Positions 23,524 to 32,828 of a stretch of 64,000 nt of DNA are shown here, piece by piece (position 1 is the first letter of the stretch; every line of letters starts with the position of its first letter). The notes beneath the pieces were generated by a model. It saw nothing but the letters and a program-made list of their open reading frames with translations. It made no database searches and was not told where the DNA came from. The DNA is from an uncultured virus (IMG/VR IMGVR_UViG_3300032331_003338) (Duplodnaviria > Heunggongvirae > Uroviricota > Caudoviricetes), in the IMG/VR virus record IMGVR_UViG_3300032331_003338; one strand, given 5' to 3'. The translations under genes and the position numbers were made by a program.

Positions 23524-26500
23524 GCGAAAAGATAACATCAGCTCTCCTACAGTCACCTAACGGTGGTCTATTTTCCACGCTCCAAGTTGACGGGGCGGGA
23601 ATCGTCATTAAGAACGCCTCTGATGACCAGCGGTCAGACGGAACCTTTGTTCCAGCTGGGTCAGACACCCTTGTCCTTTCAGCCGTAGGAGAAAGTAGTT
23701 TCCTTAACGCAAGCTACATGAAGGTTGGCGTTCTTGATGCCAGCCTGCTCCGCACAGGCCTCCTCCAGACAGTTGCCTCTTGGAATTCTAAGTGGTACGG
23801 GAGTGCTGAAGACTCTATGGATGTCCAGCAAGGTTTTTCTGGCGGAAAGTTTGCAGCTACATCCATAAGCACCACTACAAACTCGGTCACACTTTCTGCC
23901 GTGGAAAGCCCGACTGGGGCAAACCATAACATTACTACCGGTGATTATGTTCGAGTAAGCGGGCTTATCTTTGGTGACGATACTTATGGGAATGTTGGAG
24001 TTGACTCACCTGGCGTGGGAGTTAAAGACTATGCTGAGGTTACCGATCACACATCAACATCTTTAACATACGAGCTTACTGGCGTTGGTTCCGGAAAAAC
24101 TACCCTTGACCCCTATGCGCTTCCATTTGTCTCAAAAGTTGTTCCTTTGGTTTCCATATCTCGAGTATACGACGATGAGGTAACCAACGAAAACCCAGGA
24201 GAACTCAGTAAGGTTACAGTTGTTACTGCTTCTGCCCATGGGCTATCTGAAGGGAACTACGTTGAGCTTGCAGGAGTTGAGGACAGCCTGAACGGCGTGT
24301 GGCGAGTTTCTGGAGCCCCCGACAGCACGACGTTTGAGTTTTGGCAGCGATTTGTTGAAGACATTGACTGGGAAGACGATGGATCAATAAGCCTTCCCGA
24401 GTATGGAGCCCCGGTTGCCATTGAGGTTTCCAAGTCTTACCGTGTGACATCTGACGGAACCCTAATGGCGTATGGCGCTGTATTTAATCCTGCTGGTACC
24501 AGGCGTTCCGCCATTCTGCTTCGCGGTGGCGGTACCCAGGGAGATATTGCCGTACCAGCTGACGAAACGCTGCAGATAGGGTACCGAGACGGCGCAGGTG
24601 GTCTTGGCGGCACATTCACTTCAATTATGACCATTAATACACCTGCAAGCGGCAATCAAGGGGCGACTGTCATCAATGGGTCGCTGACCGTAGATACGCT
24701 TACTGCAACGACAATCAACGGCGGCACTGGTACTGGATCTGTTCCTGACGACATCACCGCCCACACCATAACGACCACTGCTGGAAATATTCGAATTCGA
24801 CCGTATGAAAATGACGGTAGTACTGCCGACAAACGGGGCGAGTTGGAGTTCTATACGCAGATTGCAAGCACTGGCTACTACACCAGTCGAGTAATGCTTT
24901 TCTCCGACAAGGATTATGGCAATGCCCTGGTAATAGACCCAGACCTGAAGGTGCTTGGCGATGCCCAGGTTGTAGGGGATTTGACAGTTTCTGGAGCGCT
25001 TACAGCTGGATCATTCAGCATTGGGACCCTAAATGCAACAACCGTCAATGCAAGCAGCGGATACTACAACTATCTAGACGTGGGAAACGTGGCCACAAAG
25101 CATGCCGTTATCCAGCCGAATGGACAGCTAACTGTTAACGACGACACCAACTCAACCTCTGCAAACACCGGCGCCGTTGTGATTAAGGGTGGCGCGTATG
25201 TCGCACAAGACCTTCGTGTTGCCGGATCTATTTACGTCAGCGTATTCAGTCCAGACTCCATCACCATGGGTGTCGGGAACAATATCATTAGCCAGGGGTA
25301 TGTCTCCGCAAGCGCTGGATATTACGGATCTATGATTGTCGGAACTGGCGTCAGCTCCAAAATGGAGGTTGATGTAAGCGGACAAGTTACCCTGAATAAC
25401 TCCACTGCCGCTACCTCTGTTGCCGGTGCGCTGTATATCCCTACCGGCGGCATTCGGGCCCTGACGGGAAACATTGGAACGCTTACTGTTACCTCAACAT
25501 TCTCCCCTGCCTCGATTTCTATTAGTGGCGGTGGTGGAATTTCTGTGACCGGCGGTGGCGACATTGCTACCACATCAAGCGCAACGGCCAATACCATGTC
25601 GGCAACTAACGGATACTACTTAAACTTTGCCGCAGGATCGACCACCAAAGCGCTGATCGGCCTAACTGGCCAGCTGACTGTTCAAAATACCGCCACTTCG
25701 ACAAGTAAGTCTGGTCTTGGCGCAACGGGGTCGGTTGTTGTTGCTGGGGATATCTCTGTTGCCAAAAAGATATGGGCAGCAGATCTGGATATTACTGGAT
25801 CACTTACTGGAGGATTTACCCTTGGGGCGATTACCCCTAGCTCTGTTGTTTCTTCCTATGGTTACTACACCAGCCTTAACGGGACAACGCTTTCCATTGG
25901 ATCATCAACTGCGGCAACCATTAGTGCAGCCGGCAAAGTCACTATTGCCAACACCACCGCAGCCGTCAGCACTACCAGCGGTGCCCTAGAAGTAGTTGGT
26001 GGAGTCGGGATTACCGGCAACCTGCACGTAGGCGGAAGCATCAGTGGAACTATTACGCTTCCTTCCACTATTTCCGCAAGTAGCGGATACTATCAAACGC
26101 TTGGCTCCACCACGCTGGATGTTGGTTCCGTAGCAACTGGCACACGTGTCACTATTGGATCTGGTGGTGTACTAACAGTCACCAATGCCACTCAAGCGAG
26201 CTCTACTGGCCCTGTTGGGTCAATCGTGACATCTGGTGGCGTGTACATTGCCAAGGACCTTGTTGTAGGAGGAAGCATCAGTGGAACTATTACGTTGCCA
26301 ACCTCCCCAACGTTTACAACAGTTACCGCCACAAAACTACAAGCCTCAACCGGATACTATTCTGGGACGCTAACCGGTGGGGCAATAGAGGGTGACACCC
26401 TTCAAATTGGCGGAACTACGACAAACGCCACAATTAGCGCCGCAGGTGCCATAGCTGCAACAAGTCTTTCTGTTAGCGGAACATTTTCTGCCGGAACGTT

Positions 26501-27083
26501 TAGTCCGACATCCATTTCAACAGGCGCAATTACCTCTACCGGAACAATATCTGGCAGCATAGGATATTACGGCACCATGGGCGTTGATAACCTCACTGTT
26601 GGAGGAACTTCGACAAATTTTACAGTTACGAGTGGTGGGGCCGTAGATATGGATGGGTCAATAGATATTGGTGGCGTCATAAGAAGTGCTCCTACGCAAC
26701 ATACCGTTACTACTGGATATTATAACGCAGTATGGTACACGGCTGCTAGCGGAGGAACGCAACCATACGCATTGAGATACTACACGTCTTCATCAAGGTA
26801 TAAAACAGGAATTACCATCGTTGACGATGACATATTATCTAAATTTGATGCAATTGATGCTAAGCATTTTTATCGAAATGATGAAAATGGAAATCCGGGA
26901 ACATACTTGGAACTTGGATTTATTGCAGAAGATTTTAGCGATGCTGGACTATCATGTGCTGTAACCTATACTCCAGACGGCGCTGCAGACTCTCTCATGG
27001 AATTTCCGATTATTGCAGTTCTTTGGCACAAAGTTAAGCAGCTAGATAAAAGGATTGCAGAATTAGAAGGCAATGCCATCTAG
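23520..27083 (+). CDS. Tail fibre/spike with C-terminal intramolecular chaperone (peptidase S74-like)
   Basis: G/S/T-rich repeats; SSSRYK...LGFIAED...VKQLDKRIAELE C-terminus. Confidence 0.85.
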   Translation: MSEKITSALLQSPNGGLFSTLQVDGAGIVIKNASDDQRSDGTFVPAGSDTLVLSAVGESSFLNASYMKVGVLDASLLRTGLLQTVASWNSKWYGSAEDSMDVQQGFSGGKFAATSISTTTNSVTLSAVESPTGANHNITTGDYVRVSGLIFGDDTYGNVGVDSPGVGVKDYAEVTDHTSTSLTYELTGVGSGKTTLDPYALPFVSKVVPLVSISRVYDDEVTNENPGELSKVTVVTASAHGLSEGNYVELAGVEDSLNGVWRVSGAPDSTTFEFWQRFVEDIDWEDDGSISLPEYGAPVAIEVSKSYRVTSDGTLMAYGAVFNPAGTRRSAILLRGGGTQGDIAVPADETLQIGYRDGAGGLGGTFTSIMTINTPASGNQGATVINGSLTVDTLTATTINGGTGTGSVPDDITAHTITTTAGNIRIRPYENDGSTADKRGELEFYTQIASTGYYTSRVMLFSDKDYGNALVIDPDLKVLGDAQVVGDLTVSGALTAGSFSIGTLNATTVNASSGYYNYLDVGNVATKHAVIQPNGQLTVNDDTNSTSANTGAVVIKGGAYVAQDLRVAGSIYVSVFSPDSITMGVGNNIISQGYVSASAGYYGSMIVGTGVSSKMEVDVSGQVTLNNSTAATSVAGALYIPTGGIRALTGNIGTLTVTSTFSPASISISGGGGISVTGGGDIATTSSATANTMSATNGYYLNFAAGSTTKALIGLTGQLTVQNTATSTSKSGLGATGSVVVAGDISVAKKIWAADLDITGSLTGGFTLGAITPSSVVSSYGYYTSLNGTTLSIGSSTAATISAAGKVTIANTTAAVSTTSGALEVVGGVGITGNLHVGGSISGTITLPSTISASSGYYQTLGSTTLDVGSVATGTRVTIGSGGVLTVTNATQASSTGPVGSIVTSGGVYIAKDLVVGGSISGTITLPTSPTFTTVTATKLQASTGYYSGTLTGGAIEGDTLQIGGTTTNATISAAGAIAATSLSVSGTFSAGTFSPTSISTGAITSTGTISGSIGYYGTMGVDNLTVGGTSTNFTVTSGGAVDMDGSIDIGGVIRSAPTQHTVTTGYYNAVWYTAASGGTQPYALRYYTSSSRYKTGITIVDDDILSKFDAIDAKHFYRNDENGNPGTYLELGFIAEDFSDAGLSCAVTYTPDGAADSLMEFPIIAVLWHKVKQLDKRIAELEGNAI

Positions 27084-27135
27084 CCTTCTTGGGCTTATCA
27101 TTATTTAGCCTAAGGGCATATATATGGAGGTTTCT

Positions 27136-27738
27136 ATGCAGCTTCGCATTAAGTCCCAGCTCCCATACGTGGAGAAGGGTGGAATTCTTGACGATTGCGG
27201 TCCATGTAGCACGGCTGCGGCCGTCTCCTGGGCTCTCGGCTATGCTCAGGACTTTACCGGTCTTGACGGCATCAAGGCAAAGGAAAAGGCAACAGGTTAC
27301 GTTGATAAGCAGGGCGTGTCCGATAACGGATCTAACCTTTCCCAACTGGCTAAGGCAGCAAAGGTCCTTGGTGGCGAGGGACGATACGCAAAGAACTGGG
27401 ATGACGTCCTGTCCGCAGGCAAGAAGGGCGCAGCTATTATCATCAACGTTCAGGCTCCACGTGGTTACCCAGTACAGGCCATCTCTTCATGGAATAAGAA
27501 ATGGGCTGACTACTGGGGCAAGAAAGACCCAAAGGTTGTTAAGGAGGGCTATGGTCATATGACTTGCGCCGCCTATGACAAGGATCTTGGATGGCAGTTT
27601 GCCGATCCGACATTTAGCGGAAAGGGCAAAGAACAGTTTGCTGCCCTTATCACCGAAGCTGACCTTAAGGCGATTGCCTCAGGGAAGGGCGACAAGGCAG
27701 GGCCACATGTGCGCTGTCTTATTGTGACAAAGAAGTAG
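27136..27738 (+). CDS. Putative endolysin, papain-like peptidase (C39-like)
   Basis: SQL...DDCGPCS (Cys), YGHM (His), FADP (Asp); GGAGG SD; precedes a holin-like gene. Confidence 0.75.
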   Translation: MQLRIKSQLPYVEKGGILDDCGPCSTAAAVSWALGYAQDFTGLDGIKAKEKATGYVDKQGVSDNGSNLSQLAKAAKVLGGEGRYAKNWDDVLSAGKKGAAIIINVQAPRGYPVQAISSWNKKWADYWGKKDPKVVKEGYGHMTCAAYDKDLGWQFADPTFSGKGKEQFAALITEADLKAIASGKGDKAGPHVRCLIVTKK

Positions 27739-27747
27739 GAGAATATT

Positions 27748-28179
27748 GTGGGAGCATTTAAGAGTGGCGTTCTTTGGATCATTAATAACACGGGCATCGA
27801 CGAGATGCTCCTTGAAGCAGCACGGGCATTTATAGCAACGGCAATCGCTGTTGCGCTTGGCCTAGGTATTCCGCTTCTTGACATTAGCGATGGCGATTTT
27901 CGCGTGGTAGTCTCCGCAGGGCTTGCGGCGTGCTTGCAAGTCATTGTTCGCGCCCTTAACCCTGAGGATGGAAAGTTTGGCGTTGGCAAGGCAAAGGCTG
28001 CCCGAGCTGAAGAGGCTGCGGCATCAGGAAATCGCGGTGGCGGGAGTGGTGGATACTATTACTCGGCAGAGGTAGACGCTAGCGACCCCGAGCATCCAGA
28101 CAATCACCCGCTTGAGTCAACGGTAGTTGAGGGCGGAGATCTTTTTGCCCAGGAAGTAATGTCCGAAAAGCAGGACTGA
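27748..28179 (+). CDS. Putative holin
   Basis: Two hydrophobic helices, RALNP.D..FG motif, acidic tail; adjacent to the endolysin. Confidence 0.65.
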   Translation: MGAFKSGVLWIINNTGIDEMLLEAARAFIATAIAVALGLGIPLLDISDGDFRVVVSAGLAACLQVIVRALNPEDGKFGVGKAKAARAEEAAASGNRGGGSGGYYYSAEVDASDPEHPDNHPLESTVVEGGDLFAQEVMSEKQD

Positions 28180-28192
28180 TCAAGGTATAAAT

Positions 28193-28220
28193 AAAAGGGC
28201 CGGCTTTTGCCGGCTCTTTT
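28193..28220. terminator. Bidirectional terminator between convergent arms
   Basis: AAAAGGGCCGGC-TTTT-GCCGGCTCTTTT. Confidence 0.85.
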
Positions 28221-28467
28221 ATTTTGCCTTAAATGCCTTACGTTGAGTTGTTAGTTGCTTTCGTCTTCCCTTTGCGGTGGTTGCCCATCGTAGCTTGTCT
28301 CGCTCTTGGCGACGCTTGATGTACTCAGCGCTTCTATTGCGCTTGCCATCTCCTGGTCGACCAGCCTCTCGCTCGCAAGCAATGCACCATGGAGTTTGAC
28401 TTGATCGGAAAAACTCTGTGTCTGGAGGCCATGCATCATTGCATCTTGTGCATACCCTTGTCCTCAT
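28219..28467 (-). CDS. Small Zn-finger basic protein, paralog of 55638-55844
   Basis: CTRC..WPPDTEFFR...CIACE. Confidence 0.7.
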   Translation of the reverse strand: MRTRVCTRCNDAWPPDTEFFRSSQTPWCIACEREAGRPGDGKRNRSAEYIKRRQERDKLRWATTAKGRRKQLTTQRKAFKAK

Positions 28468-29250
28468 CTATTCAATGGTCCATCCATCGTTGAGCATTTT
28501 GATGGACAAGTCGCCATCCCAAATCATTGGGAAGTGCGTGGAGTGCGCAGTCCTGGCATCAAGCTTGAGCCAAATTTTTCCGCCAAGCTCTCGCCAGTCT
28601 TTACAGAATGTCCAGTCTTCCCCAACAAAATACTGCTCCCTGTCTCTGGAGTACCTGAAGTATTCAAACACGTCTTCATCAGGTCCACCGTAGTGCTCCT
28701 TATACCTTCTGTCTGGGTGCCCCTTCTGAAACTCAAGGAATACTTTTCTATTAATAATCATAGCCCCGGTAGCGGTGCTGTCGGCTTGCGCAAACCCTAG
28801 TTCGCGTATTTCTTTTGGTGTCGATTCTTGGTCTTCCGACAGTTTAAATGCCCCCGGCGACATGCCTGCATGGAATGCCATTGCGCCGCTATCGGCATAT
28901 TTCACAATGTTCTGTACTGACTTATCTGTGGAAAATGTTCTCTTGCAATATGGTAGAGCCGTAAACTTTAACCCTGACTTCATGCAATCAATAACGTCCT
29001 GGGGCGACAGTCCAACGTCTGCGTCAAGAAGCAAGGCATGGGAGAATCCTGATTGCATAAAGTTGTGAATGCATCGATTTCTTGCAACTGGCAAGATCGA
29101 GTTTCCCGCCAGTGGGTACCACTGAACCGGTATGCCTTCTTTTCCAGCAAGATTAATGATTGAAACTACGGTTGTAACGTATTCCATACTAAATGAGCCG
29201 TGAATGCTCGGGGTAGTGATAAATAAAGATAGCTTATTTTGCTCTGCCAT
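28468..29250 (-). CDS. GT-A fold glycosyltransferase, paralog 1
   Basis: TP...G.S.L..ARN, LLLDAD (DxD), TG.M.I.R, GEDW.FC motifs. Confidence 0.8.
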   Translation of the reverse strand: MAEQNKLSLFITTPSIHGSFSMEYVTTVVSIINLAGKEGIPVQWYPLAGNSILPVARNRCIHNFMQSGFSHALLLDADVGLSPQDVIDCMKSGLKFTALPYCKRTFSTDKSVQNIVKYADSGAMAFHAGMSPGAFKLSEDQESTPKEIRELGFAQADSTATGAMIINRKVFLEFQKGHPDRRYKEHYGGPDEDVFEYFRYSRDREQYFVGEDWTFCKDWRELGGKIWLKLDARTAHSTHFPMIWDGDLSIKMLNDGWTIE

Positions 29251-29294
29251 GACACCTCCTGCAGGGCACCTGGCCCCGCAGGAATGGTATCACA

Positions 29295-29471
29295 TCAGTC
29301 TTCGTTGCGCCAACGGAGTGGTCCGGTTACCAGCCACGCTGTTGACAGCGCAAGAAGGATTGATCCAACAACGTTTCGGGTTTCACCCTCTGGAAGAACT
29401 GCCCAAGCAATGGCAAGACCAAAGATGGTCCAGCCCCCTGAGATAATGTCGTTTACTGCATTTTTAATCAT
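29295..29471 (-). CDS. Small 2-TM membrane protein (58 aa, not in ORF track)
   Basis: MIKNAVNDIISGGWTIFGLAIAWAVLPEGETRNVVGSILLALSTAWLVTGPLRWRNED; ATGA overlap with the upstream stop. Confidence 0.75.
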   Translation of the reverse strand: MIKNAVNDIISGGWTIFGLAIAWAVLPEGETRNVVGSILLALSTAWLVTGPLRWRNED

Positions 29472-30835
29472 GTTCCTTTTCTCCCTGATTTACTTCCGCT
29501 TGAGCCCGAAGGTCCCGATGACCCCCTGCCCGCTACGGCACTTGCAGCTGAAGCCGCTGCCTGTGCAATTTGTGTGATAACGACAGAGGCAACCACGACT
29601 GGCTGCGCCTCCTTTTTCTGCTCTGGAGATAGATCATTTCCAAGGTTAGTTACTGCCGATACGGCTTCACTAACCGCTTCTGCCGCAGCCTCTGCAGCTT
29701 GGCCCACGGCCTCTACGGTTGCACTGACTGCTTCTACCGCCGCATCAGCTGCGCTGGAAAACGCTTCCCCAACAGCTGCGATAGCCTCCCCAACAGCTTC
29801 GCTGACCGCAGCAGCTGCCTCGCCTAGATCCGGCAGAGGGGACTGTGTTGGCTCAGGAGAAGCGCTAGGGCTGGGATCAGGAGAAGGGGCAGGAGACGGC
29901 GAATCACTTGGCTCCACGGTTCCTTCGGGCGTCGGTTCGGGTGAGGTAGACGGGTTCGGTGTTGGTCCATTTGTGGCCTCCGGGCTAGGCGTCGGGGTCG
30001 GCACGATTGACGGCTCCGGCGTTGGTGTCGCTATCGGGTACGGCGGCTCATCAGTTGGCGTTGGGGTGGGGTTCGGCGTAGGTGGCGGCGGAGTTGGCGT
30101 GGGCATAGGGGTCGGGGTTGGCTCTATAGAAGGCTCTGGCGTAGGGGTAGGAGCCACGCTAGGGCTAGGTGCAGGCGGTTCTGGGGTCTGCGTAGGTGTC
30201 GGCTCAGGAGTTGGCTCTACGGTCGGTTCTGGGGTAGGTTCCGGTGTGGGCTCAGGGGTTGGGCTTGGCGTAGGCTCAATAGACGGCTCTGGGGTCGGAA
30301 GGATAGAAGGGATCGGGCTTGGGTTTACGACAGGGGGGTTGGGGTCGCGGAGCAGCGCCGCCGTAGTCAGAAGGCTGTAGTAACCGCCCTCAGGGAATGG
30401 GTCCTGCGGCCAGAGGCACGATCCGTCGTGGCAACTGAAGCGACCGGCACGCAGCCGATAGACGCCAGCCTGCAACTCCACGCTGATGTAGGAGTGCCAA
30501 GACTGACCGCCAGTGCGAGGATCATCGTCGTTTGCCGTGAGTTCGGAGCCAGCGGCGTCATATAGCCACAGCACGGAGTCGGTAAAGCTGCCACCTTGTT
30601 CTGGTCGGTCGCACCAGAAGGATGTCGTGTTGTCGCAAAGATCGGTCTCAGCCGTGAAGGTAGACGGAACATCAATCACAACAAAATAATCGCCAGTCTC
30701 GGAGACAAGAGTACTGTAGGGATACTCGGTGCCGTCGTAGCCATCCGCACCATATACCGGAGAGGTCACGAAACCAAACAGGAAGGTCAACGTGACAAGC
30801 CAAACAATAGCAGCAACGACAAGACGATTAACCAT
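29468..30835 (-). CDS. Exported Pro/Thr-rich protein with PPC-like domain
   Basis: N-terminal signal/TM helix; DSVLWLYD...ANDD...L.AG.Y.L; ~170-aa PT/PE/PS repeat stalk; Ala-rich helix and hydrophobic C-terminal segment. Confidence 0.75.
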   Translation of the reverse strand: MVNRLVVAAIVWLVTLTFLFGFVTSPVYGADGYDGTEYPYSTLVSETGDYFVVIDVPSTFTAETDLCDNTTSFWCDRPEQGGSFTDSVLWLYDAAGSELTANDDDPRTGGQSWHSYISVELQAGVYRLRAGRFSCHDGSCLWPQDPFPEGGYYSLLTTAALLRDPNPPVVNPSPIPSILPTPEPSIEPTPSPTPEPTPEPTPEPTVEPTPEPTPTQTPEPPAPSPSVAPTPTPEPSIEPTPTPMPTPTPPPPTPNPTPTPTDEPPYPIATPTPEPSIVPTPTPSPEATNGPTPNPSTSPEPTPEGTVEPSDSPSPAPSPDPSPSASPEPTQSPLPDLGEAAAAVSEAVGEAIAAVGEAFSSAADAAVEAVSATVEAVGQAAEAAAEAVSEAVSAVTNLGNDLSPEQKKEAQPVVVASVVITQIAQAAASAASAVAGRGSSGPSGSSGSKSGRKGT

Positions 30836-31020
30836 TACTTGCCCTGTGCTGCAAGCCACGCCGCGAGGGAACTAATCCCCGTCAGGCCAAGAAGTCCTAC
30901 AATGAATTTTCCAAGGCGAAATGCCCCGCGAGTTTCCGCCATTTCAATACGCATGGAGGAAAGATCTTCGTCAATCTTGTCGAGCCGATCAATAATCTGT
31001 TGAATATTGCTTGCGGTCAT
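30835..31020 (-). CDS. Small coiled-coil plus TM protein (XhlA/holin-like architecture)
   Basis: IIDRLDKIDEDL...FIVGLLGLTGISSLAAWLA; GGAGG SD. Confidence 0.65.
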   Translation of the reverse strand: MTASNIQQIIDRLDKIDEDLSSMRIEMAETRGAFRLGKFIVGLLGLTGISSLAAWLAAQGK

Positions 31021-31093
31021 GTGGCCTCCATATGTTGTGCAAAAAGATTGGTGTGCACACTATATAGAAAGCTTTACATGACCGCAATAAAAG

Positions 31094-31279
31094 CTACTTC
31101 TGCTTTTTCTGCTCCGGATCGGCTGCCTTAATATCATCAACAATAACTTCATCTGCCTGCAGGCGCGTAATTTCTGCTTGCAATGTCCGAATAGTTTCAG
31201 CTGCTACATCAAGTTGGATTGACATAAACCCAATCTTTTTGAGCATATCTTCAATTGACACTTTTCCATCTTCCGACAT
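31094..31279 (-). CDS. Small coiled-coil protein
   Basis: 61 aa, AGGAG SD. Confidence 0.65.
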   Translation of the reverse strand: MSEDGKVSIEDMLKKIGFMSIQLDVAAETIRTLQAEITRLQADEVIVDDIKAADPEQKKQK

Positions 31280-31354
31280 ATTTTTCTCCTATACTTTGAC
31301 TCACCGCACTTGCGGTTCGTGTCAAACCATACCACAAACCCTTGCTTCCAAATC

Positions 31355-31436
31355 CTACCCCCCCCCCCCGATAATGGCAGCAATCTCCTCTTCAGTCAAG
31401 CCGCGCAAGGATAAGATCCGCTTGACCTTTCGTCAT
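31355..31436 (-). pseudogene. Chimeric gene remnant
   Basis: MTKGQADLILARLD* joined out of frame to GLTEEEIAAIIGGGG*, which includes a G12 run. Confidence 0.5.
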
Positions 31437-31582
31437 TCTGGTGTCTCCTCTGTTTCTATATAGTCAAAAGGTGTCTTACGCGTATTCGTACCGATAACCT
31501 CGCCCGTCTCCGCATCGCGGACGATCTGCACCCACTCATCGTTGACTGGGTCATACACTGCTGGTTCAGTAATTACTGGCAT
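31433..31582 (-). CDS. Small acidic protein (49 aa, not in ORF track)
   Basis: MPVITEPAVYDPVNDEWVQIVRDAETGEVIGTNTRKTPFDYIETEETPE; TAATG coupling to the upstream gene. Confidence 0.7.
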   Translation of the reverse strand: MPVITEPAVYDPVNDEWVQIVRDAETGEVIGTNTRKTPFDYIETEETPE

Positions 31583-32589
31583 TAGGACACCTCTGAATAA
31601 TAGCGAGTGACACGTGCAGTAGTGAGAGTTGAAGTTGTCGGAAGGTCTGTTTGACCGGATTGGTCGTAATGAAGCGCTCCAAACACAGTAGGACTGACAG
31701 TCTGGCCTGTTGGAGCCTGCGTTACGGTTGGCATAGTTGTTCCAATAAAGATGAACGAGACCCAGTATTCGTTTCCAGCCAAAAAATCGTAGGTTGCTGG
31801 GTATCCGCCAGTGGTAGCAAGTGCGCGTGTATAGCGCGTGTTGATCGTGTTTCCAATTGTCGTATCTGATGCAGTGCGCGCTACTAACGTAAAAGTTGTA
31901 CCGCTACGCGTATAGATACCAAATCGTGCAAGCGTAAGACCAGCGGATGCAGTTGCCGCAACAGTAATTGAAATATTGCTAACAGTAAAGTTTCTTTCTG
32001 CGATGTGGCGCGTATGAACAACTGAACCTGAAGTTGGGGCAGTGGCAGTTGTAATCAACCAATTTGGAAAATTTCCCATGATTGTTGTGCTGTTGTATTG
32101 CCAAAATTGTCGATCCTTCGTTGACTGCAACACGGCGTTTGGCGTTGCCGCCGTTGTAATGCTAGTGCTTTGGGCTGAGTCCGTGAGTTGCACAACCCCA
32201 GCAGCACTCGTCGTCGCAGCCGTAGCCGCAACGGTAAGGTTTGCTGATAGAGCCTGACCAGTGCCAGATACTCCACCGACTGTAATTGGGGCAGTTCCAG
32301 TGAGTGTCCTTGTCGCTGGGACGCCTTCATGAACGTGATCTTCCCTTGATGGGACTGTGCTAGTCCCAACTACTGGAGTTGCGGCAATACTTGCTGGCGT
32401 AGCAGAGGATAGCGGAAGGAACGCTACCCATGCTGTCCCATTCCAGATGTATGGCTTCTGGTCGTCAGTATCAAAGTAGACCTGCCCAGCTACTGGAGAT
32501 GAGGGCGCGGCTGAGGATGCTGGGAATGCAGCGCCAGAGGTAATATCTACCCACGTTCCGCCAGACCTAATGTATGTTCGCTTTGGCAT
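31582..32589 (-). CDS. Accessory fibre/decoration protein with phage fibre repeat
   Basis: ATTSAAGVVQLTDS..STS.T.AATPNAV repeat; GQVYFDTD..YIWNGTAW. Confidence 0.75.
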   Translation of the reverse strand: MPKRTYIRSGGTWVDITSGAAFPASSAAPSSPVAGQVYFDTDDQKPYIWNGTAWVAFLPLSSATPASIAATPVVGTSTVPSREDHVHEGVPATRTLTGTAPITVGGVSGTGQALSANLTVAATAATTSAAGVVQLTDSAQSTSITTAATPNAVLQSTKDRQFWQYNSTTIMGNFPNWLITTATAPTSGSVVHTRHIAERNFTVSNISITVAATASAGLTLARFGIYTRSGTTFTLVARTASDTTIGNTINTRYTRALATTGGYPATYDFLAGNEYWVSFIFIGTTMPTVTQAPTGQTVSPTVFGALHYDQSGQTDLPTTSTLTTARVTRYYSEVS

Positions 32590-32591
32590 GC

Positions 32592-32822
32592 CTAACTCCC
32601 CTCAACAATTGCTAGTTCTAATCGTGAAATAGCAAGGTTCTCATCTGCGTATTCCTCTACAAGAAAAATTTCACCGTTTGTTGGCATCTCATTGCTATAC
32701 GACTGCTCGTAGACAAATACCTCTGGCCCATCTTCGGTGGCATCACGCCACCTAGCAAAGACTGCTCCAGATTCGTTTGGAGTAATTTCATACCATTGGT
32801 TCCTGTCAAGAGTCATAATCAA
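32592..32822 (-). CDS. Small acidic protein, possible fibre chaperone
   Basis: 76 aa, GAGGA SD, follows a fibre-like gene. Confidence 0.6.
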   Translation of the reverse strand: MIMTLDRNQWYEITPNESGAVFARWRDATEDGPEVFVYEQSYSNEMPTNGEIFLVEEYADENLAISRLELAIVEGS

Positions 32823-32828
32823 TCCTCA

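Noticed and set aside
7530..27100. Many 60-225 aa ORFs nested in or antisense to the TMP, hub and fibre genes
   Set aside because: Shadow frames of long genes, with no SD or recognisable motifs.
29574..30380. 268-aa Gly/Val-rich + strand ORF
   Set aside because: Antisense shadow of the Pro/Thr repeat gene.
31358..31369. C12/G12 tract as a phase-variation switch
   Set aside because: It lies at the very end of an apparent gene remnant, so length change would not disrupt an intact gene.
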